Part shown: one piece after another, positions 52,825 through 64,000 of the stretch | How positions within the stretch are numbered: the stretch's first letter is position 1 | Layout: each line of letters opens with the position of its first letter | Source: Eledone cirrhosa | Taxonomy: Eukaryota | Assembly (NCBI GenBank): GCA_964016885.1 | Contig: OZ024747.1 | Span: 2,976,001-3,040,000, forward strand | Direction: 5' to 3' | DNA length: 64,000 nt | The notes under the pieces: generated by a model | Database searches by the model: none | What the model saw: the letters and a program-made list of their open reading frames with translations, nothing else | Told to the model about the DNA's origin: nothing | Program-made: the position numbers and the translations under genes

Positions 52825-55574
52825 CACACACATATATATATACATATATATATATATATACACACACACACAAATAACTGAAATTGTGCCAAGTGAAAAG
52901 AAATCAATATATATATGTAAATTTTAGTCTGCAAGAAATAACTAAAACAACAGAATATCTACTTGGGTGTTTTCATCTAGTTTAGTTATCAAACTTCTTT
53001 CAATTCAAACTCTGTTGATGTTGAGTACCAGTAATATATTGGAATTAATATGATGAAATATAATAATCAATCCCTAACCTCTTTGCCCTCACGTCTCTTC
53101 CACACATAAAAAAAGAAAGGAAGAAAAGATTTGCACCTAGTCCAGAGAAATCAATATGGCATGTATTTGCTATTTTTACCACAATATTCTATGACTGTAA
53201 CCCGCTTACCTATTACATACATTAGTAGGTTATCAATCACTTTGTTATAAAGAAAACTTTAACACTGATACTAAGTAAAGTTTTAGGAAAAAAAAAAAGT
53301 TTCATTTCTATCGTTTCTTACTATAATATTGAAATTAGGGGGAGATATAGGATTTTCTTTCTTGGTTTTTGTTTTGGTAAAATATTGGCACAGTTTCATG
53401 AGACATGGTTACAATACTGAAATAGCTTGGATAAACTGAGAGTTGGGACTATGTAGCACATCATTTCAATAAGTCTAATAAGAATAAAGTTTTGACATTG
53501 AAGTTTTCTCTATATCTTATTTGTAGAAGAAATAGAATGTTAGTGTAATGTCTTTTGAAGATTGAGTCTCATCAAAGCAAAAGCTGAATGCAAAAGGTGA
53601 AGCCAAACTATTATCTTTGGCAACACTACATCAAGATTTCCAAGTTTTGGAGGATCTGATAAATTTGGTTGAGATATGTTTGGAAAGTAATCAGAATACA
53701 TAATAGCTACTTGAGTGTAATAAGAGGTTTAGGATGTCTTTTCTATGCATTTATTTTTAGATTCTACGAAATGCTTTTTCTTCTGCTTAAAGATGAATAT
53801 TTTATAAAATTATCAGAAAATTAATATGATAAAAAGCCAATATTCTCTAATAATCTATATTTTTATTTTGTTGTAATATGTTTCTACCTTTTTTTAAAGA
53901 TTGTTTATTGTATATTATATATAGAACTAAATAAGTTTTAGAGAAAAATAGAAACTGTTAAAGAAAACAAGGTCAAAAGGTTATTACCTAGAGTAATAAC
54001 ATTGTTTCTTTCAATTATTTCAGATCAAATTATATATATTTCACTTTAAGAAATTCTCACATTTTCTTCATTTGACATTTTAATGCCTAAAATTTATATT
54101 ATCAAGTGATTTCTTATTTAATTCATTTTATTACACTCAGTATAAACTTATATGATTTCAACATTTTAAGTGAGATCACTTGAACTTCATCTGTTAAATT
54201 AAATTATTGAAATTTCAATGGGGGGAAAAAAAGTATTTCCAAAATATTGATGGCTTCCGATTTCAATTTACACGCAGGAAATTATTTTCTTGATTTGCTT
54301 CAAAACAAGAAATTTTTGTAAATATTCTCATAAAGTTACTTCCCTTGTTAATTAATCATTTTTGGCCATTTAATGATCGAAGTAATCTTTCTTTCCTAGC
54401 AACTTGTAAATTCATTGTTAGGGAGTATTGCATGAATGTGTATGTGAAGCAGCTTGCATGAGTGCATAAAAATGCATATGTGTAAAATTTAACTGCATAA
54501 CAATTTGACATTTAACTTTATTTTCTTTTTTGGTAGGGATTTTGTTCATTATATCTTCAATAAAACCTTTTTTCCAAGAAATAAATTAATATTTTAAATT
54601 AAATATGTAGTCTTGATATATGTTTGCTTTTGGACACCCCCACCCACCCACAACTGAAGCTGAAAATATTAGTTCAACTCCTCCTGTATTTAAAACACTT
54701 TCTCTCCATATCTTTATTCTAAAAAAAAGTCTAAAGTTGGTCTCAAGCTCGGTGTCGCTCAGCAGGCCGGTGATTGTTCCAGCTTCTGCTGTGTGAAGTA
54801 ACTAAAATTACAACACTACACCCTGGACGCCTGTCCATTGCAAAGTTAAACCCCCAGTTATTGCTGGTACTCATTTTCAGCAGAGTATACATGTGAAATG
54901 AAGTGTTTTGCTCAAGAACACAACACACAACACAGTCCAGGAATCAAACTCATGACTTTATCATTGTAAGTCTAACACCATTACCACTAGGCCTTGCACC
55001 TAATACCTTTATTGAAAAATAAAATAAGTATCATTTGAGAGTAAAGAATTTGATACATCATAATTTTCCTTCAATATATTTTTTAGTTTCTTTTATTCAT
55101 TTTAAGTATTTTCAGGAAAACTATTATATTCTTTCTTTCAATATCTCAATACTCATCATTATCATTCATTTCACATTTTTTTGCCATTTCTTTTTTATTA
55201 TTTCAAGACAAATTTCTTTCTTCATATTGACATAGATCACTCAAATCTTAAACCTTTTTTTGTAATGTTTATTATTGATAATTCTTTTACTTTGATTATG
55301 GATAAATGTATTTTCATCAAATAAAAGTTGAACTGATAAAAAAAAATCACTGTGATATTAAGATTTTGTAAATGGGTGGGAAAAAAATGATTGATGTTTC
55401 ATTTGATAAAAAAAGAAGAAAAACAACTAGTTATCATGGGTTTACAGGTTTCTTTTAACAGGCATGGAGGTATTTTCAAACAGTTGCATGTCTATACTTA
55501 TTGGTAGATTTTCTTTTCTGTTACTTTAGTAATAAATAAATGTATATTCAACTAGTATTTAGTGTTTTTAAGTA

Positions 55575-55865
55575 TATATGTGACTCATCTCCTTGTTAAA
55601 TCTACTTCTTTACAGCTGGAATCTGAAACGGAATTTCCGTTTTCCTTCCATGGGAACCATAAACAGCCTGTTATTGGTTGTAGCAGACATTACATATACA
55701 CTATACTTGATAGAAATGTAAGCCACTCTCTCTCTCTCACACACACAATAATACAGACTAAACTACACAGTATTGCTAGCTCATATCAGCAGCAGTAACT
55801 GTACAACTCTACAGCAGGATATACATCTCAGCTATCGGCACATTTGAGAAATATTTGCAGTATTG
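55575..55865 (+). promoter_or_regulatory. Candidate promoter and non-coding first exon of the second protocadherin
   Basis: Unique, non-repeat sequence with TGACTCA (55581), palindrome AAACGGAA-T-TTCCGTTT (55626-55642), X-box-like CTTCCATGGGAAC and ATTGG (reverse CCAAT). It ends in a strong donor TG|GTAAGT at 55865/55866. The coding exon at 63766 starts with an acceptor, so an upstream UTR exon is expected. Confidence 0.45.
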
Positions 55866-56809
55866 GTAAGTGCTCACATCTTTTCTATTTCTATAATCTG
55901 TTACTTTGTATTACATTTTATTTCAGAAAAAAATTATAAGTACCAATTTAAAAAGAAATACCCAAACAAAAGACTTTATTCTGAAAATTAAGCATTAAAA
56001 CAATTACTATACAATACACATATAGAGAGATAACTATATATTGTTTAACATTTTAAACATAAAAAACTTTTTAAATAAAAAACCTAATCTGTATACCTAG
56101 ATACCTTACACTTTATCATTGCATAAATTGTCTCATTTGTACTGTTTAATTATAAGTACAATTTCTTTTAGTTTCTTTACACTTACCTAGAGAAATAAAG
56201 TTATACCTTTCAGCTATTTAAAAAGATAAAAATAATATATATATATAATGTATACAATTTATAAACTTAGAATATTTCCAATAGACTTATTTATTAGTAA
56301 AAATTATTTTACAGTATTCTATAGAGGAATAATTTTAAGTTAATTATTAAAGAAAGTTTGACTCTATTATCCATATTATGCATTGTTCTTATATGCTAAG
56401 CACACGGTTATTTTTAATGATTTTTTATATAGTATTTTTTAAATAATAGATAAATACCTAACATTTAATATATATGAATATCTTAATTTTGGATATCTGG
56501 AAATATCACTAATTTAGGTTATTGTAGAGTATTTGACATTTCATTTCAGTGAAGTATATGTGACATTAAGGTAACATGAAATTGGTGACATTCTCTTATT
56601 TAGAAATATCTCACATTTGATTTTCATGATGTTTCTTTTTCCTACATGAAACCAACTACATGATTACAATTATCTTGTCTCTCATCAATATTTAATATTG
56701 TATTCCATGTATATAAACACATATATATCATTTCATGAGGCATGCATTGAAATACAATATTTTCTCAAAATTTCTGAATTATACACATACACAAAAAGAC
56801 ATAAATATA

Positions 56810-56875
<66 letters not shown>

Positions 56876-56931
56876 TGTGTGTGTGAGTGTGTGTTTGTGT
56901 GTTTGTGTGCGTGTGTATGTATATATATATA

Positions 56932-57002
<71 letters not shown>

Positions 57003-57274
57003 AAATGTTGTCTTCCTAATGTAAATGATTATGATAAAAGTCAACCACTCCAAATAATAGTTTGGAAAAACCAGGTAAATTACTTTTGGCAAAGGAGAGG
57101 TGTATTTGTCAACTTTTTCCCAACTCCAGTGATACGTTATCTAATTTCCTCAACTGTTGTTTATAAGGACTGACAATTATTATAGTTATTAACATTGGGA
57201 GGACTACATGTTGAATTTCGCAAATGCCTTTAAAGACAATCAGATGTTCACATATATACATATATATGTATATA

Positions 57275-57330
<56 letters not shown>

Positions 57331-58111
57331 AACAAGTAAGACCCCGACGACTGAGCTCAAGCCGTTTTGACGGCTAATTCTGTACGAAACGGCTTGAGCT
57401 CAGCCGTCGGGGTCTTACTTGTTCCTATTACCCACTCTACTACCCTAAGTATTGAGTACTTTGGTGCGTTATGGTCCACCTGGTTCCTTACCACATTTCC
57501 TTCGTTATATATATATATATATATATATAGTATTAAGGATACTATTTATGGTTATGTATATACTAAAACTTTTTATAGTTATATATATTTTAAACCCTAA
57601 ACAGTGAAGGTCAGTAATTTATTACTACCTTATTACCAGTAAGATAAATAGCTCTATGTAATAACATCAGTTGTTCTACAGAGAGTTATATAGAATTCAC
57701 AAGAATCAAAGCTATGTTCAAAGCATTTATTCACTTACAATTGTTTCATCCAAACCCGTTTAAAGTGCTTGTATTACATGTAACACCCTGCCACACAATA
57801 ATCATATATAAATGGGACACACTTGCATGCCCCATGTGTAACTAATGCATACACTAACTACTACATCTGACTAACAAACTATCCTCTTGCATTATCTGTG
57901 TTAACTGCCGAATGTATTTTAATTTTGTTTTAATTTTAATTTTGATTTTGTTTTTGAATTTGAATTGCTATACAGAAATAATATAGTATAATATATGTCA
58001 CTCCACTGTACATCATCATCATCATCATCATCATCAATATATATATATATATGCATCTGTATGTCTCTTGCGTTGGATAGGAGGTCAATTATGTGTACAA
58101 ACATTGAAAAA

Positions 58112-58158
58112 TGCTCCGAAGACTCCAAGCCTAGGTTTGGATGAAACAATTGTAAGTG
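58112..58158 (+). ncRNA. Hammerhead motif (CCGAAGA core, U4 to C)
   Basis: UGCU CCGAAGA CUCCAAGCC-UA-GGUUUGGAU GAAAC-AAUU-GUA AGUG, then AATAAA. An inverted partial copy lies at 57692-57756. Confidence 0.6.
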
Positions 58159-58351
58159 AATAAATGCTTTGAACATAGCTTTGATTCTTGTGAATTCTCT
58201 CTCAATATATATATATATATGTGTGTGTGTGTATATATATACATATATATATATCATAAAACATGTCTATAGAATCATGACTTTATATATATATTTGTAA
58301 ACCTGCAAGCAGGGAAAAGCGGACGTAAAATGAAATGATGAAATGATGATG

Positions 58352-58393
<42 letters not shown>

Positions 58394-58428
58394 TTCGTTT
58401 CTGAATTTGTTTAGCCCTCCCAAAGTAT

Positions 58429-58484
<56 letters not shown>

Positions 58485-58538
58485 CATTTCTGAATTTGTT
58501 TAGCAAGATTCTTTATCTGAAAACGTGTGTTGAAACCG

Positions 58539-58706
58539 ATATTGTTATGCTTTGGGAGGGTTATGTTGCCAATAAGAAACACACGCACCAGTTGCTTTCA
58601 CTCCAATTTATTATAAATTAAATTTGAAAATTAAATTTATAATAAATTGGAGTGAAAGCAACTGGTGCGTGTGTTTCTTATTGGCAACATGACCCTCCCA
58701 AAGCAT

Positions 58707-58714
<8 letters not shown>
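58539..58714. repeat. Hairpin (~80-bp arms) next to TA tract
   Basis: attgttatgctttgggagggttatgttgccaataagaaacacacgcaccagttgc... and its reverse complement; a related end lies at 26380. Confidence 0.88.
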
Positions 58715-58738
<24 letters not shown>

Positions 58739-58943
58739 CAAAGGAATTGTGGTAAGGAACCAGATGGACCATAACGCACCAGAGTACTCAATACTTAGGG
58801 TAGTAGAGTGGGAAATAGGAAAAAGTACGACCCCGACGGCAGAGCTCAAGCCGTTTCGACGGCTATTTCTGGACTCCTATTTCTGAGTCCAGAAATAGCC
58901 GTCGAAATGGCTCGAGCTCTGCCGTCGGGGTCATACTTTTTCC

Positions 58944-59030
<87 letters not shown>

Positions 59031-59606
59031 GTGTTTCATTCATGTGGATGATTTCATATGAAAGAAACAGTTTTAGTCCTGTAGAAGTCATTTCTATATA
59101 TGATAAAATTACCTATACTCTATCAATGTATTGAGTACATTTTTAATTGTGGTTAGCCAGCCGCAGCACAACTCACAAATCTACATATTGTGTGTGTGTG
59201 TGTATATGTGTGTATATGTACATATATATAGAAGCACACACTGTAAATGGGCAAATAACATAGCTATACATACACGACAATGGACTAAATAAAGTTTGAG
59301 TTGTTGTGTACAAGTGTGTATAAAACGTATGAATAGTTGCATGTAAAAATGTGCAACCAGAGATGTATATTTACAACCCACACACACACACATATCCCCA
59401 CTCACATGTAGACAAATCTTACACTTGAATTATTGTATAAATAACTATATATATATATATATGTAATGTTAGTTTTTCAAATATTAATAATAATATTTGA
59501 TTCGTTTGCAATTATGCAAACAAGCCTCATTTTTAAAGCCATGTCAGTAGAATGAGCTCCTCATTCTTGCTCTATATATACACACAATATATATGTATAT
59601 ATATAA

Positions 59607-59698
<92 letters not shown>

Positions 59699-59766
59699 AT
59701 ATATATACAATATATATGCATATATACAGATGTGAGAAAAACCACAGTCCCTCCATCTCAATTCTA

Positions 59767-59802
59767 CTTTTGAGAAGCTGAAGAACTGCGAAACCGGTAA
59801 AG
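59767..59802 (+). ncRNA. Second copy of the same hammerhead family (U3-A8)
   Basis: CUU UUGAGAA GCUG-AAGAA-CUGC GAAAC-CG-GUA AAG with one stem II mismatch; AATAAA just downstream. Confidence 0.65.
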
Positions 59803-60254
59803 GAACCAAATAAATATATATTTAAAAAAAAAACACTCCAGTTGTATATTCGATTTCATCTTTTTTTCCTTTTTTATATATATATATACATACAATATAT
59901 ATGTATATATATATATGTAACATATTCTATGTACATTTATATATATATATATATATATATTTGCATATATATGAGTGTGTGTGTGTGTGTGTGATGCAAA
60001 TATATATGCATTTATATGTTAGATATATATGTGTGTATACGTGCATCTCTGAAGACCAGTCTGACCTGTTTCAGACCAGTTACACCATTACTAAACTTAG
60101 TACACTGTACCTACATAAGTAGAGTGCACTTATTAGAGGGAGTTTCTCTGCTGTCATTAAGCTTTTACCATTTTCTATAGCAAAGCTTAAGCATGGAACA
60201 GAGAATCCTTATAATATATATATGGGTATATATGTATGTATAAATGTATGTATG

Positions 60255-60285
<31 letters not shown>

Positions 60286-60632
60286 TTGTATGTATATATA
60301 TATATATGTATGTATGTATATATATATATATGTATATATTATATATATATATTTATGTATGTGTATATTTATGTATGTGTATATATTTATATATATATAT
60401 GTATATATGTATATATTTATGTATGTGTATATATGTATATATATATACGTATATATTTATATATGTGTGTGTATGTATATATTTATATATGTGTGTGTAT
60501 ATATATATATATTCCATTTTTCACTATATATATATGTATATATAGTAATAATAATAAATTTGAAGACTAAAATCCAAAGAGGGCTCGATAAGGATAAATA
60601 TATATCAGATATATAAGAACCGTAGAGCAAAC

Positions 60633-60765
60633 ATTTATTAAAATAACAGATTAAAGTTTAAGCAAAGAATTGCTGCTTTCACCCTTAATGGGATCTTCAG
60701 AAGATCCCGTTAAGTGTGAAAGCAGCAATTCTTTGCTTAAACTTTAATCTGTTATTTTAATAAAT
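60633..60765. repeat. Fold-back hairpin (66-bp arms) centred on a hammerhead CUGAAGA core
   Basis: Centre at 60699. The minus strand reads CUGAAGA UCCC-AUUAA-GGGU GAAAG. Confidence 0.85.
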
Positions 60766-63465
60766 ATATGTATATATATATATATATATGTGTATTGTGT
60801 ATATATGTATATATATATATGTATATATATATGTATATGTATACATATATTTATATGTGTATGTATATATGTATATATATATAAGTGTGTATATATATAT
60901 ATATATTTGTGTATGTATGTACATAACATACATGTATAATAATCTAATAATAATGAAATTATTGTGTACAGTGCTCAGGTGCACTACAACTCATCAAAGG
61001 TGCATATATAGTATATAGAATAATGTACAAATGTCAGGAATAATGTACAAATGTCAGTGTATGAGTCATAATATACATATATATGTGTGTATGGCAGGGT
61101 ATCATGGGGGGGGGGGGTGTCATGCATATATACATACATGTATATTGTATGAGATTTTAAATATGTTTGATTTACGGAAATATGTTTCTATAATTATTAT
61201 TATTATTACTTATTTCATTGTTTCCAAACTGATGGAAATTAATACAAATATTAATTAGTGTTTACTGTAATAAATATAATTAGAATCTATGATTAACTAC
61301 CTGTAAGTAATTCATACTTTCTAGACTTTTTAAATTCTGATATAAATTTCAAAACAGTTTGTATACACTGAATTACTTTCTTATCAATTGCCATTTAAAA
61401 TGCTATTTTCATTCTTTTATTCAACATTTATTCAGCCTAGAAATTTTGTTAATTGTATTAAGAATTAATTGTATTAAGAATTCAAGCTAAAGCTAAAGTT
61501 GCAATTATAAGGCACCATCTTTCAGAAGTCTTTGAAAGTTAACTTAATCAATGTTAAAACATTGCAAATTCAATTAAGCAGCATATATGAGCTTCCAATA
61601 TATCATCAGTGATATATTGTGCCACAGCTAAAAAGTATACATATAAATTAGCTTAAATGCTCTAAAATGTTCTATGTTGATCTAGTACATTTCATTTAAA
61701 TTAGATATCAGTTTGTAATAACATTACATCAATGTTGTTCTTTTAGAAGATAATACACACTTGAAACAATGATAAGCAAGCTGCATCAAAGAAATTACTT
61801 TGCATTAATTAATACAGTTGCTTTGTTTTCAATTTATTTCCTTTAATCTTTCATTGGTTATGTTGCTAGAATTTTAATTCCTTGAAAGTGAAAAGCTAGT
61901 GAGATTGGAATAAATGGTTGTATTAAAGTTTGACAAATGAAACTAGATCATAAATACATTAAAGTTGCTATACTCATAGATATGATAGACTAATTTTCAG
62001 ATTGAATTCTTTAATACTGTTATTTTTAATAAAACATTAGATGTTCCTTTTAAATATTTTATTTTGAAAGTTTTATTAATTCCTATCTATTAACAACTGA
62101 AGTATTTGATGTAATATTTGCATTAAAACTTCAACACTGCTCTAATAATAACAGCACTGACCAGTGAAACAAAATTTAATCAATAACTGTATTCATATTA
62201 ATGATGAAGAAATAATTCTGTTTTGTTCACAAAATTTATGCAGCCCTACCCCCACTCAATACCTAATTTGTTCATTCTCATTTGACTAACATCTAAAAGT
62301 TCTATTCAAATCCAAACAACCAGCCAGAGGCTTCTGCAATCTTCAAACCCCCACACCACCACCACCATTATAACTGCTTTATATTGAAAGTGAATTAACA
62401 AAACCCATTTTGACCGCTCACCTTCATTAACCTGGAAGCATTCCCCACAACCTTTTTCATATCCACCTCTAGCATCTTTGAAGAACATCTTGAATGAAAG
62501 ATAAGGCCTGTTTCCTCACCTCTAACCTCAATTGTAACCACCTTCCTAACCCAATCCCTCATGTAATCTCTTACTTTCTTCTCGTTAGAAGTCCAACTAG
62601 CAGAAGACTTGTCTCAGCAATGAATTGTGAGCAAAGCAGAAAAAAAAATCCTCTTTGTTGTTAATGTATTCTTTTCAGATTAATCTCTTCACTACATTGC
62701 CTGCACGATTTGCTCATTAATAAGGTGTTGTTGCCAAGAAGATAATAGTCAATGTGGTATAGCATAGCAATTCTTACACTCTTTACTTCATTTGAAGTAA
62801 AAAAAAAAAAGAAAAGAAAAATAAATCAAGATACTTCACCCATATTCTATTTGATTGAACCTTCCCTGCTTATATCCTGCAGAACCAAATTTGTGCATTA
62901 AATCTTGCCAGAATCTAGGTTAGAATGAGTTTCCCCACAGAAAAGGATATTAATCAACAGTAAGGCTAATAGAAAGACTAAGATATTGGCTATGATAAGA
63001 AAATTTATTTTCTCATGCTGGTTAGAATATACTGCCTCCAACTCACATGCAGTATACAGTCTACAACTACAGTTTTACACTTGATTGGGAAAATTTGATT
63101 GAAATAAAGTGGCAATTTATTGAATGATTACAATGTCAATTTGACTAAATAAATAAAAATAAATAAATAAAAAATAGACTGAAAAATTCAGAGCTGAAAA
63201 TATGGTTAAAAATATTGAATAGTTTAATATTGAACCACTGAATAATATATGTTGTCAGCTACAGAATTGTTCCTTTAAATATAATAATAGAAATAACAGC
63301 CTGTGAATTGTGAATATTATCTGTAAATATATACGTGTTTGTTTATGCATGCATGTATGTGTGTGTATGTATATATGTATATATATATGTGTGTGTGTAT
63401 ATATATGTAATATATATATGATATATATATGTATATATATATATATATAATGTGCATATACATAC

Positions 63466-63542
<77 letters not shown>

Positions 63543-63547
63543 ATGTG

Positions 63548-63594
<47 letters not shown>

Positions 63595-63622
63595 ATATAT
63601 AATGTGTATATACATATATATT

Positions 63623-63654
<32 letters not shown>

Positions 63655-63804
63655 ATGTGTATATACATACATATATATATATGTATGAATACACATACAC
63701 ACATATATATATATATATGATATTTTGTTAATAGGTATTTGAGAAGTGCATTTTTTTGTTTTCAGATTTAATATCAATGAGTTCATAAAATCATTATAAA
63801 GACA

Positions 63805-64000
63805 ATGCTGGTGTCAATATTTTTACTACTATTTCTGCTGGAATTATCACAAACTGTTGACATAACCTACAATGTAAAAGAGAACCAAGCTCCAGGCACA
63901 TATATTGGAGACATTGCTATGGACTCACATTTAGGAAGTAGTGTACCATTACAAGACCACAGTCTACTTTGGTTTAGTCAACTTACTAGCAGTTCTCAGC
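63805..64000 (+). CDS. Second tandem protocadherin, N-terminus (runs off the window end)
   Basis: Acceptor tttttttgttttcag|63766, then ATG 63805: MLVSIFLLLFLLELSQTVDITYNVKENQAPGTYIGDIAMDSHL. This is a signal peptide plus EC1 start, clearly paralogous to IDITYHVKEGQNPNTLVGNIAADAHL of the first gene. Confidence 0.92.
   Translation, partial: MLVSIFLLLFLLELSQTVDITYNVKENQAPGTYIGDIAMDSHLGSSVPLQDHSLLWFSQLTSSSQ

Noticed and set aside
62306-62488. Short ORF with faint RT-like similarity
   Set aside because: Too degenerate to support; at most an old LINE fragment.

Overview
AT-rich eukaryotic genomic DNA, most likely from an octopus/coleoid cephalopod protocadherin cluster; the organism is inferred from gene style and repeat content. 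It holds one protocadherin gene on the + strand: a large exon with signal peptide, 6 cadherin repeats and TM (5891-8266), a ~28.8 kb intron, and a cytoplasmic exon (37111-37261). Its terminal exon could not be located with confidence. A second, tandem protocadherin begins at 63805. The introns are packed with (TA)n microsatellites, tRNA-derived SINEs, RTE and CR1 LINE 3' ends, a Helitron with both termini, an internally deleted mariner and MITEs. The most interesting signal is a set of unrelated fold-back (hairpin) elements, mostly next to (TA)n tracts, that carry minimal Penelope-type hammerhead ribozyme motifs. Two of these families use the compensatory U3-A8 core (UUGANAA), and one copy looks fully intact. 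Three minisatellites (48/49, 56 and 61 bp units) appear to have been amplified from internal segments of retroelements. Most ORFs in the supplied track are microsatellite artefacts.
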